A DNA stretch of 64,000 nucleotides from Hormiphora californensis. Its lineage: Eukaryota > Animalia > Ctenophora. The position numbers were made by a program, and so were the translations under genes. Of the stretch, positions 44,201 to 56,260 are shown one piece after another. How positions within the stretch are numbered: the stretch's first letter is position 1; every line of letters starts with the position of its first letter. The stretch is from contig CM035354.1 of NCBI GenBank assembly GCA_020137815.1, positions 1,426,001 through 1,490,000 on the forward strand. The letters run 5' to 3'. The notes beneath the pieces were generated by a model that did no database searches, had not been told where the DNA came from, and saw nothing but the letters and a program-made list of their open reading frames with translations.

Positions 44201-46017
44201 GATAGAGCACCTATTATAATAGAGCACTTATATACAGTGATTCGACATATTATATGGAAATTCATTCATCGTCTCACGATGTGAGTCACATATATTGCCA
44301 CTAAGAGCTATATAGGTGTAAAATGAATCGATGCATTTTACTTAAGTACGCTGAATAAAGCCAATCCCAGTCTAAATGACCCTTGCTAAACATGACCGGA
44401 TTTAGACGGTCAAAGCTCCCCCTGACAAGGTATAGAAATTTGGAATCAATGCTTTTTCGTCGCCTTGCTCGACCCTGTTTCACCGCACCCTGCAAGGCGA
44501 ACCAAGTGTAAAGGAGGGTAATAGAACTGAATAGGAGGGTAATAGAACTGAATAGGACACGTGAAACCTGAGTATATCATTCAACATACCACTGACACCT
44601 GATATAATTCAAATATCATTCAACATACCACTGACACCTGGTATAATTCAAATACCATTCAGCATACCACTGACACCTGGTATAATTCAAACACAGTCGG
44701 ACCCCGATTTAACGGCACCCTCGGGGGAAAGGGTTTTCCTTCGGGGGGGGGGGGGGGGGGGGGGTCCGACTGTACCATTCAGCATATACCATGATAATGT
44801 ATCACATAATGTACTAGCTTAGTACATATACTAACATACCTGATAGAATGATGGATCATTGGGGCAGATCTCGGAGAAAGTGAACTCGTTACTAAACCCT
44901 CCAATAGTGTAATGAAGGTCAGGATCAGTCCAGCAGATGAAGGTGCAGTTGTACACACTGTTACAGTCCCTCATCTTATCGGGTCTGTATCGAACCAGAA
45001 AGTTCCGAACTATCTTCCACTCTCCATGGACAGGGGACCCTGGGTTGGGAAATAGAAATGGCAAAAGTGCGACATCATATAGGACTCCTTGGAAATTTCC
45101 CCAACCATGTCGAGTTTATTCACTATTTGTACCGTCTAGCGTTTCTCGCATCTCACGTGGCAATGAATATTATTAAATTATGTTCGTATTTGGAAGTTAT
45201 TCTATAGATACTCGAGGAAGCTGAACCTCGCATTTAGTATATTATATGTGCGTTTCTAGCAAGAGCTGTGCCTCTCAATCTACTCAAAAATCGTTTAACA
45301 ATATTTGATAGATCTTAAAATTATACTTGAGAGGGAAAAGAGAAAGGCAGAGAGAGGGACAGGGAGGGACAGGCAAAGAGAAAGGCAGAGAGAGGGACGG
45401 GGAAATCTCCGTGTTATCAAGGATGCTCCGGCCTGTCTCCGGAGACAGGGAGCATCTTTGATAACGGTTAACCGATAAGCTGGTTAATCTTAACGCATAT
45501 ATCTCTCAGTTAATGCTTCCATCCGTGCTACAGATTTTTTATTAGAACGTGATTCCAAGATCATTGAAAGCTGCAATCAGAGATCAGTTCCTTAAAAGAC
45601 TCGATCATATCGGTTATTTCGGCTACAATTTCTGTTTTTGTTTTCTATTTCTATATGAAGATTGAAGGATACCACCATGCTCCAGAAGAGCAGGTTCCAG
45701 TCATGAATGAAATTTAACTAGCTCCTCTGAAAGGCAAGTCATAGTCAAAGTCAGCTTTTAGAATTAGAAACACTAGCACACCCACCGGGTGCGTCTCAAG
45801 CATGGGTTCACCCTTATACGCTAATTTTTATTGTTGCCATGGTAACTGTATCGGTAACCATGAACACTTAACAGCTTTGGTCACATAATTGTTTTGATGA
45901 AGGAGCACTATCACTGAATCAACGGGCTGAATCAACGACGACTCCAACTTAAATAATAGAGATTTCAATCGTTTCACCTGATGTAAGATTGAAGAGAAGT
46001 ATCTGCAGGAACAACAT
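38249..46017 (-). CDS. LDLa-repeat class A GPCR (GRL101/RXFP-like 7TM, no LRRs), paralog 1, about 1073 aa
   Basis: Exons (minus): 46017-45978, 45039-44840, 42721-42630, 42483-42352, 41795-40503, 40249-40115, 39988-38981, 38570-38249; total 3222 nt in frame. Signal peptide MLFLQILLFNLTSGSPVHG. LDLa repeats CDGTKDCDYGEDE and CDLIDDCGDRSDEEGC. 7TM motifs GLGDFLVAVYL, LSTLGTQLSILSMTVISVYR, LSDLFCWCP, LPLNSLINPVIY. Confidence 0.9.
38654..38722. mobile_element. pogo/Tc1-like MITE family, minimal copy
   Basis: TACAGTCGGA...AAATCGGGGTCCGACT. Confidence 0.7.
41796..42135. repeat. Degenerate tandem copies of the acceptor and 5' end of exon 41795-40503
   Basis: Minus TATAG|GTGTCCCCACTC(CCCTACTGTG) repeated about 5 times. 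Confidence 0.85.
42179..42319. mobile_element. pogo/Tc1-like MITE family, copy
   Basis: TA-CAGTCGGACCCCGATTTACCGGG...GTAAATCGGGGCCCGGAC. Confidence 0.75.
43405..44158. mobile_element. pogo/Tc1-like MITE family, long copy (754 bp)
   Basis: TIRs CAGTCGGACCCCGATTTACCGGG / CCCGGTAAATCGGGGTCCGACTG with TA TSD. Confidence 0.88.
44694..44772. mobile_element. pogo/Tc1-like MITE family, short copy
   Basis: CAGTCGGACCCC...GGGGTCCGACTG. Confidence 0.75.
45833..45846. promoter_or_regulatory. Consensus RFX X-box in the first intron of GPCR paralog 1
   Basis: GTTGCCATGGTAAC; function inferred only. Confidence 0.35.
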
Positions 46018-46682
46018 GGGTATTATAACAAGGGTACACATGAACCTTCTTCTGACTGATTGATATTATTGTTTTGTTCTGACCCTCCCTTTACGTGCGC
46101 GAAAAACAGTCTAGCTAGGCAATATATATTGTCGACAAAGCGACAAAGCAGTCTGAATATGAGTTTCAAACAAAACTGTGCTCATGATATCTAGGCGCCT
46201 GTAACAATGAAAATGCGACGCGAACCAAGCAAGCCAAATTAATACGCTATTATACCAGATATATTCATGCCTATATCTATATTCAAATCAAATCAAATAA
46301 CAGATCTATAGCATATTTGACACACTATATTATGACTCAGCAGACAATCAAATGCAGAGACTGTCACGAACTGTCATACAAATTCTTCAAGTAAATTATA
46401 CCTTATCGTACTTAATAATACCATTATACATTATAATTTTAGCCAGTACACACACATGTTGGCCGCCATGCCCCCCGTACACACACATGTACTATAATGA
46501 ACATTACAAATTCTTCAACATCCTGATGATGTGAGACATTTGCTCTCGAGGTGCGGAAAGATAGTAAAACTTCTCTGCTCTCTCTCTAGTATTGTTAAGT
46601 AAGTGCAGTTCTCCAACCCTAACTCAGCAGCTTCAGGTATAACAGCTTCAAAGCGACACCTCTGAAATGGAAGTGGGCGCAT

Positions 46683-46925
46683 CTTAGAGTCTCTTTACTC
46701 TCTTTAGAGTCTCTTTACTCTCTTTAGAGAGAGAGAGATGCTGCCGTACAGTTCTCTTTACTCTCTTTAGAGAGAGAGAGATGCTGCCGTACAGTTCTCT
46801 TTACTCTCTTTAGAGAGAGAGAGATGCTGCCGTACAGTTCTCTTTACTCTCTTTAGAGAGATATATGCTGCCGTACAGTTCTCTTTACTCTCTTTAGAGA
46901 GAGAGAAAGATGCTGCCGTACAGCT
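46683..46925. repeat. About 42-bp tandem repeat (GAGAGAGAGATGCTGCCGTACAGTTCTCTTTACTCTCTTTA)
   Basis: About 5 visible copies. Confidence 0.9.
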
Positions 46926-47914
46926 GTGCTATTATCATGTGGGCACTCATGTGGTATAACAGTAGCTCATGTAGCTGTGCTTTTATCATGTGGGCACATT
47001 TCAACAGCTCGTTCGGGTAATGCTCCAATAAAGCTCCAAGAGTTTCAGGGAGATAATTAGAGATATATGGAGACTTTCTATCTCTACAATTACTAGAGAG
47101 AACTCATTCATAGAGAACTTTAAGTATTAATGAATTAACCATGGCTCCATGAGAGCATTCCCTCAGTACGAGACATAAATTATGAATACTTAGACGACTA
47201 AAAGAGAGATTGTTGTGTGAGCTCACCTTATTTATTGTAATAATCTCTCTTTTGCCCTCTAACCATTCATGATTTATGTCGTATTTAATCGTGCAGTTTG
47301 AAACTTTGCAAGATTTATAAATTCATATTCTAAATCTTTCTCTCAAATGCACATTGGGCAATAATCCAGTTCTTAGTTGTTGACCCCTAATTACTCAAAA
47401 AAGCTCTAAGAGGGTGATAAAATCATCAACGATACCGGAGATTCCCCACACTGAATCTCTATATGACTCTGTATGACTCTGTATTACGAAGCTAAGCTTC
47501 AATTTATTTGGAGCTTAGATCCTGAGAGTAAAACAGTGTCTTTAGTGTGCGAATATGAAACCATTGTCTTTCGCTAAACTAGTTTAAACAGCATAAACTG
47601 TCAAAAAGGGGAGAAAAAGTGCAATGACCTGAATCGATTACTCGAGATATTGACAAAAATATGTTTGAGAAAGGTGGTTGAGAAATGAGTTACACAACTG
47701 GTATAAGCCGGTACTACTATTTTAACTACTGTCATATCGCAATACTAAACCTTACTAATTATTTGTGTGACTCATGCATTCCCCTGCAGCAGACAGCTCT
47801 CAACAGTATAAATTATACCTTGTCTTCCTCAAGGTGTTATTAATACTGTAATACTACCTTGAGGTATTCAGGGGTATGTAAAATTCAAACAGAAAATAAT
47901 GCTTCACCCGGGCG

Positions 47915-48070
47915 AGGCTTGTTGAGTAAGGGGGCTTGTAAGGGGGCTTGTAAGGGGGCTTGTTGAGTAAGGGGGCTTGTTGAGTAAGGGGGCTTGTTGA
48001 GTAAGGGGGCTTGTTGAGTAAGGGGGCTTGTTAAGTAAGGGGGCTTATTGAGTAAGGGACCTTGTAAGGG
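47915..48070. repeat. 17-bp tandem repeat (GGCTTGTTGAGTAAGGG)
   Basis: Directly visible. Confidence 0.9.
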
Positions 48071-49215
48071 GGGGGGGGGGGGGCTTGTTGTAAACAAGGC
48101 GAGGCAGCTAATGATGCTGATACATAACTAGTAACTATACTAGCTATTGTCTTTAGTTAAACTATCACTGATAGTATGATACTGGACATGCATACTACTG
48201 CAGCAGACTGGCCTGGATGTGAATATTGATGTGTACCCTTTCTCATTCAAAGATCGGTGGCTGCAAGGTTACATGTGATTTTAGCTGTCATGGTTGGTCA
48301 CTAGAGTAGATCAGCTAGCTGCAGCACACTCGAGTACCAAACCATAAGATGACTTTCTCTAGACATCAGCTACCTCTCTAAATGTTTCATTCTTCTATTC
48401 CCCCTCTCCCTCTCTAAAGCCATTTACTTTGGACTATTTCAGCAAAGATTTCAGCCGCAATCTAAGATCTTTGTGACTTCTCTGCTGCGTTACTATATGG
48501 GGGGGGGGGGGGGGCATCAACCAACATATTATGCACATTGCATACTCTTGTTGCTCTATATCAAGTAAGACCAAATCACAATTCGAATATGATTTAATTC
48601 ATCTGCATTTAGAGAACTAGTGTACCTATTCGAATATGAGTTAATTCATCTGCATTTAGAGAACAATAGTGTACCCATTCACAGGTGAACTAGTGTACAC
48701 ATTCATGGGTGCACGCCTCAAGTAAGGGGTTTCGACAACCCACCCATGATCACAATCTACTGACTCAATGAATATAAAACAGGACCCATTATGATATGTA
48801 ATGGAACACTACAATAGAAACATATAAGGTCCGTGGAATATTTATACGTCCTGAATAAACCCCCTCTACTAATTTATACGTCCTCTTCACTATAAAGGCA
48901 ATTATACATATTGACATATCTCTACCATGGCTGACTTGCTATACTGTCCCTATTGTCACTATACTGTCCCTATACTGTCCCTATTGTCACTATTATTATG
49001 ATTATATTCCTAGCGGTCCGACTTTAAAAGATAAAAGCAGCTTTTCTATAACGATCTCCGAACCATCTGCTGCAGAGTTAAAAGCTCCTCTTCAATAAAA
49101 GAGACAAAGAAACGGAGAGATGCTGACTGCAGATGTATTTATGTTAATATGTTTATTTCAATATAGCGGACGTGAAAACTGGAGACAAAGTTATGAGACG
49201 TGTCCTTTCTATACA

Positions 49216-49220
49216 CTCTC

Positions 49221-49284
<64 letters not shown>

Positions 49285-49299
49285 CTCTAGTCTCTATCC

Positions 49300-49378
<79 letters not shown>

Positions 49379-49445
49379 CTTTCTCTCTCTCTCTCCCCTC
49401 TCTCTCACTCACACACTCTCTCTCCCCTCTCCCCTCCCCCTCTCT
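49216..49445. repeat. (CT)n microsatellite
   Basis: Directly visible. Confidence 0.95.
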
Positions 49446-50787
49446 TTTGACCCCTGGTAGCAGGAGGCTCGTCTGTGAAGAGCCGCTCACGACCTGTGTT
49501 GCCGTGTTGTTGCAACAAAGCGAAACACCCATATAAAATGGCCACAGGTGATGATAATTTTACCCCGTGTGTGCGCCAATCACTGACCTCTCATACCCTC
49601 TCTCTGTGCCAATCACTGACCTCTCTCATGACCTCTCTCTGCCAGTCACTGACCTCTCTCTCTGCCAATCTCTACCCTCTCTCATGTCCTGGAGGAGCTG
49701 AGACCCTTTGTTGTCTACAGCTACCTGCACACATACTCCCGACATAGTAGAGGCTATAATTGTAACTCCACGCCGCCGCCGCCGCAGTTCATCCCCTGCA
49801 CTGCCAGCTGCACGAAGCGCTGCAAACGAAGCCTGCATCACCAAACGCCGCCGCCGCCGAAGTTCATTCCCTGCACACTCCAGAAACCCCATTCTTCGAT
49901 CTGTGTCTCTCCTTGTCACGGCTACTGGCCTCCCACGCCAATGCTCTGACAGTCACATTTACTTTCTCAGTACTACCTAATAATTTTTATTCTGTTTTAC
50001 TGGTGCACTAAAATGTATATATTAATTAGATTTTACTTCATCGGTGCAGTGAAGTGAGTGGATGAAGTGGATCAAACGAGTAGTATATGTATTTAGGATC
50101 CCTAGATACATATCATATTCTCTGGGCACAAGACGGGGAACCGTATATCTTGGCAGCTGGAACATTCTCTGGGCACAAGGCGGGGGACTGTATCTTGGGC
50201 CTTGGCAGCTGGAACATGTCTGAATCAATTCGAGATTGAAGTGTGAGCTAAACAATTTGACTAGACTGGTGTAAGTTAGGGTATATTTAATCTCGAACAA
50301 TACTCCCCCGCCATCCATCATGGGGGGGGTGGATTTAACCTTAAACAAAATTGCGAGACCCTGCATGGGGCTATAATCCTCCGGACTAAGTGCGCACCGC
50401 CAAAAATGAGCTTAATATGAAGCTAAATGAGCCTCATTTACCCAAAAATGAAGTGGAAATGAATTCATATGAACTTCATTTCTGGTACAATAGCCTTCAT
50501 CGATTTTCTAGGGGGCCAAAACCTCCAATTTTCATTCAAATTCAAACAGCTACTTAAATTACTGGAATTAAAATAATTTTAAACATGTTAAAACATAAAA
50601 CCGATTGAAATGACGACACGGGGGAAATAAATAATAATAAACAGCAAACATAAAATATAACACAGTCACACTTGAGAGAGATCGGGCGTCTCAAATTTCT
50701 GGCAAACAATGCATTGTAACCTATCTGCATATATAATATCACACTAACATATATAAAATATCACCATGGCAACCTAGTGAATTCACC

Positions 50788-53700
50788 TCACAAGATAGTG
50801 TTTTCAGTACAAGGGTTCATATCGGTGGTACTCTTAATAACAGCTGTATCTTCTGTTAGATTGTTAGTGCTGAGTTGGGTTACCCCCGTGTTGTGCAGCA
50901 CCCCCGCTGTTGAAACATTCTTCGTTACCATGGAATCCGAGCGAAAGGAGTAAATGTGATGGAGGGAGTTCTCCCTGGCAACCACGGCAACACGCATTAG
51001 AAATCGTCTCATTATCCGGTATCCTTTGTCGGGGACGGCACTAAAGAACCCGTCATAAAGAAGGGGGTTAAGTAGCGAGTTGATGGGGAGGACGACCGTA
51101 GAGAAGGTGGGGTACAATGATGTGGCGTCAATCAGCTCTATGTAGTGGAGGAAACAGACGAGGATAAGGGGCACCCAACAAAGGGAGTCAGTGAATATTA
51201 TCAGAGATATTTTCCTTTGTAGTGCCCCGAACCATTGCCTGTTACCCACCCGCTCAGCCTTGTGTTGTGTATACACGTGCACAGAGAGGTAACTGAGTGC
51301 AATGATTACCAAACAGAACACGTTTAGGGTTAGGATACACCATGTGTAATGCCTCTGGGGGTCCTCGCTATCCACAAAGAATTTGAAGGTGCAGGAACCA
51401 CTGCTGCCATAGAAACCAAGAATCTTAAAATCTAACGCCTGATCCCCTCCATCCTCATCAAGGGGCTCTCCGAACATTCTCCTTAGGTTCTCCCTGACGC
51501 TCCGGACACTCGTATCAGCAGCCTCCACACTGTCGTTACCATAGTAGGTGCGGAGGAGTGGGAGGAACTCTGTGTTGCGTTGGTAACCCTGGAACAGCTG
51601 GGCATTTGCGATGAAGTAGCCATTGAAGAAGTACATCTCCCGTAACTTCTCATTGGTTGGGATGATCGCTATGAAGAAAGAAACCATGGTAACGAACACG
51701 CAACCCAGGAACAACTTCACTTTAAAGCACCCGTTGGGTATCTTGGCCTGTTCAACCCTCCTCATGACGTACGCCCGGTAAACTGCTATTAGCGTCATCG
51801 CCAGGACTGACAGCTCTGATCCAAATGTAGAGATCACCCCATAGAACTCACAGGTCGAGGATGTCATCCATGCCATCTCATTTTTACAAAAGTCTTTTCT
51901 CCGGGAGATATTCTCAATGCTGATACACAACAGATACACCCCTACGAGGAAGTCCCCAAAGCTGATGAGCGTGATGAGGACTGTGACGCAATAGTTGATC
52001 CGGGAGGAGAACTCCTCTTGGAATAGTTTCCTGGAATTCCGGTATATCACCATGGTGTTGATGATGGTTGCCGGGATGGCGATCAACCACCCAAACACCT
52101 GCAATACTTCTGACGTCAGTATCTTCTTCTTAGCGTTCTTGGGACACACCTCCGGATTACATTCATCCTTCCCATTACTACAATCAATCTTCCCATCACA
52201 CACCTGACTCGTCTTAATGATCTCGTGGAGCTGGCAGGTGAATCTGTTGGTGCAGTTTACCTCATCGCTGAAATCCCCACAATCATTAGTTAGGTCACAC
52301 ACCTGACTGTAACTGACACATCTCCCATTGGTACAGGGGAAGGAGTCCCCCACTACAAAGTTATTGTCTTGTTTCTCCACGAATACCAGGGTGTTCTCCT
52401 TGCTCAGTGTCATGGTTCTGTTAGGTAGCTGGAGACAGGATGTACTGTAGTCTATATCGGGGAGGGGGCACCTCGCATCCTCCTCCTCACACAATCCTAG
52501 ACATGCTGGATACACGTAGTGCTCACCGAACTTCTCCTTACACACTACCTTGGAGGGGGCTGATATCACGGTTGTCATGGTGCCATAGGACTCCATCCAG
52601 GGGTAGTCCCGGCACACGGACCCAGGGTTTATACACTCTGGGAGAACCTTGCGGGTCCGGCTCACAGACCGTACTTTTGAGTTGACATTCTTCCCCCGGG
52701 ATACTTTACACAGAGCCGCTTCAATCGGACACTTCTCCTTGGTCCTACCATCACACATAGAGTTGGGATCCAGATAGTTCGTGTTAGCATTCCTCGGATC
52801 ACAGATGAAGGTGAGGTTACAGGGCCAGTTGTGATCTTTATAACTGAAATCCTCCTTGGATTGATTCTTGTACCTGCACATTTTCCACATCCTGGGGTTC
52901 TCATCCTCCCCTCCCTCACAGTCCTCAACCCCATCCATAACCCAGGACTTCATGATCCTCATCCTCAGGGCCGGCTGGGCCTTGCTCCTGATCTTCCTGA
53001 AGCACTTCAACTGCGCCAGGAACTCATCACTGCAGTTTGATTCATCCAGCGCAAAGGGGCAGTCTGCCTTTCCATCACACATGAAGTGTCTGTGAACCTT
53101 ACAGTTCGTCTCTGGAGATTCACACTTGTTGGTTAGGTTGTCCGTGCAAAGGGAGTTGACACCCAAACACAATACCCGGTCTGTGAGTGTCACCTGGTGT
53201 CCAGTCCGAGGGTAGGTGCACTTGAACCAGACTTTACTATTAGTACAGTTGATCTGGTCCGTTGCATCCGTACACAGCCACTTGGACTTGGCTGGGTTGA
53301 TTGTCCCGCATCTCTGGAGAGGGTACACCTTCCTCTGCTTCCCATCCGGACTAGGACATGTTGCTACTGGGTTACTACAGGCTGTTGAGTTTCCTTGGTC
53401 TAGGTCCCCCTTGCAGATGGCCTCTGGTTTGTGTTGTGCATCATGGGTCTCATCACACATATTGAAGGGGTCAGCCCACACCTTCCACCCGTCAATACCG
53501 GTACACTCCACCCCGAATGTGTGGTTGCACCCCACCTCATCTTCGTATCCGATACAATCCTGGATACCATCGCACCTCCTGCTCATTGGGATGTTCTCTT
53601 TCGTGGGCTCCCCGCTCCCCTCACACCTGAAGTGGAGGAATAGGGTGATGTTAAATGGAGAGGAATAGGAAGTGGAGGAATAGGGTGATGTTAAATGGAG

Positions 53701-54804
53701 AGGAATAAGAAGTGGAGGAATAGGGTGATGTTAAATGGAGAGGAATAAGAAGTGGAGGAATAGGGTGATGTTAAATGGAGAGGAATAAGAAGTGGAGGAA
53801 TAGGGTGATGTTAAATGGAGAGGAATAAGAAGTGGAGGAATAGGGTGATGTTAAATGGAGAGGAGTGAGTAGTGTGTGTTGGTGATGAGCCTGGAGAGGA
53901 CCGGGTGGAGGGTATCAAAAACAAACACACATACACACATACAACTGCATGGAAGAATTAAAGATTTAGTGCAGTACTAAAATTCAATAATCAGCTAAGG
54001 CCAGAAACTTTCGGCTGAACATTTATGTCAGGCATCAGAAGCTGTATATTACAACAATGAAGTCTAGTTACCTGAAGAAGGCGTTGTCCCCGCAGTAAGC
54101 CTCATCGGGGGAACCGTTAGCACACTCTCCATAGTTCCCATTGCAGTGTACCCGACTCAGCTCATATGACCCACTCACAATAGTGGTACCAAAGATAGGG
54201 TTATCCTTCTGGCAGATATAGTTGGAACAGAGGACTCGCTTGCCTCCATAACTGATAACTCCATCAGATTGGAAGAGACTCGTGTCAGGAGGGTGGATGC
54301 CACAGTTCTGGTAGAAACCCGGGTCACCACTGCACAGGTTCCCGAGGAAGTGGACCAGTTTGGGGTTGGATGAGGTCACAGGTGTAGGTCTCTCCCAGGT
54401 TGTGCCAGCAGTAGTAATGGTCAGGGTTGTCAGGGTGGGTGGGTTTGAGGAAGGAGTTCACCACTCGGACTGTGTAGTTTGCAACTGCGGGTGTACCTGC
54501 AGGGAGTTGTTGCATTGAGTAAGGGGTGACAACAACACGCAGGGATCAGGGGGATTGTAATTGAGAGAAACATAATCAATGAACACATGACATAATTAAT
54601 AACACGATTATAATTGGTGTTATATGTTCCAACATAACGCTGAGTTTCCCGATCCGAAGCCCCGGGCCCCGGGCAGCCTGGCAAGTGTAGCAACTAAAAA
54701 CATTTTGCCGAATAGTAGTTGTACCTTCAAGGTATTTGGCATTACATACCTTGACAAGAGGCAATGAATAGTAGAAACCACAGGAGCTGCGATACCAAGT
54801 TCAT
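50788..54804 (-). CDS. LDLa-repeat class A GPCR (GRL101/RXFP-like 7TM, no LRRs), paralog 2, about 1105 aa, one apparent frameshift
   Basis: Exons (minus): 54804-54750 (signal peptide MNLVSQLLWFLLFIASCQG), 54496-54072 (frame break near 54360-54400), 53626-50788 (single 2.8-kb exon). LDLa repeats CDGIQDCIGYEDE, CDGKADCPFALDE, CDLTNDCGDFSDE, CDGKIDCSNGKDE. 7TM motifs FGDFLVGVYL, FTDSLCWVP, LPINSLLNPLLY. Confidence 0.92.
53629..53865. repeat. 40-bp tandem repeat (x6) of the polypyrimidine tract preceding exon 53626
   Basis: GAAGTGGAGGAATAGGGTGATGTTAAATGGAGAGGAATAA repeated; on the minus strand the array ends at the acceptor AG. Confidence 0.93.
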
Positions 54805-55257
54805 CTTTACAATTCCAGCTCTATCGGATCAGTGCAGTGGGAGAACCATATTGTTATAATCGCTATAGGGAGAGGTGATTCATTAGAAAATGTAGGTTTT
54901 CGAAATATTATGTATGATGAATATTGCCCAAAGAGAAAGAGCAAGTCTTCAAAAAGGGATATGATGAATATGTGGTGATAAATGATATCAGTATTCAGTA
55001 TATTATATATTGGGTCGTGATAAATCACCCTGTAGGATCGTGTTGAATAAGCAATCATCTGATCTCTTGAACAGCAATCATATTACTCGAAATGTATGAT
55101 ATTAAATTCAGGTATCTCTCATACCATGATTGTTTATTCTCTTCCATCGTATTATTTAGTGATGGGGACCACTTGAACAGTATTCGTTGAACAATTCGTA
55201 TATATACGATCAGGTATGTTTAATATTTATACAGATATAAGGGATCCATTAAACTAA

Positions 55258-56260
55258 TAGTAGAGGAAAAACTGAAAAATTTAGGCAACTAATTGTTATA
55301 AAAGCGAAAACCACTCTATCAGACTAATTTTGATACGCTGAATCCAATGAGCAACTTACGCAAGCGCTCAGAGGTGGAGAAAGTGCCCTAATTGGCCATA
55401 ATTGGGTACCTGTATTTTCAGCCTGAGGTCAAAACCATAAGTACCCTTAAAATAGGAGTAAAGACAAATCTGAGGGCACTAAAGTGATCAGCGTCTTCGC
55501 ATTAGTGGGGGTAGGTGCCGGAATTAAGTCTCTATCTCATCTGGTTAATTGAATAATTGGATAATTAGATATGCGCATAACCGTATTTTGGCTATATGGC
55601 TATAGCCACTTAGGAATGGTTTAGAGACGTTTGATTGGTGCCATTTTGTAGGCAATGGCCAAGTTATGGGGGGTCGACGTCGGACTTCTAAGCTCTATCT
55701 TCAACCGTTTAGCCGTTATTTGGCTTTAAAGGTACTCAAAATGAGCGAAAAACGGTAAAAGCCCGATTTTGAGTACCTTTAAAGCCAAATAACGGCTAAA
55801 CGGTTGAAGATAGAGCTTAGAAGTCCGACGTCGACCCCCCATAACTTGGCCATTGCCTACAAAATGGCACCAATGAAACGTCTCTAAACCATTCCTAAGT
55901 GGCTATAGCCATATAGCCAAAATACGGTTATGCGCATATCTAATTATCCAATTATTCAATTAACCAGATGAGATAGAGACTTAATTCCGGCACCTACCCC
56001 CACTAATGCGAAGACGCTGATCACTTTAGTGCCCTCAGATTTGTCTTTACTCCTATTTTAAGGGTACTTATGGTTTTGACCTCAGGCTGAAAATACAGGT
56101 ACCCAATTATGGCCAATTAGGGCACTTTCTCCACCTCTGAGCGCTTGCGTAAGTTGCTCATTGGATTCAGCGTATCAAAATTAGTCGGATAGAGTGGTTT
56201 TCGCTTTTATAACAATTAGTTGCCTTTTTGGCTTATTTTTGGGCAGTTTTTCCTCTACTA
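55258..56260. mobile_element. 1-kb foldback element
   Basis: Termini TAGTAGAGGAAAAACTG / CAGTTTTTCCTCTACTA, near-perfect inverted arms of about 455 bp, TAA on both sides. Confidence 0.9.
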
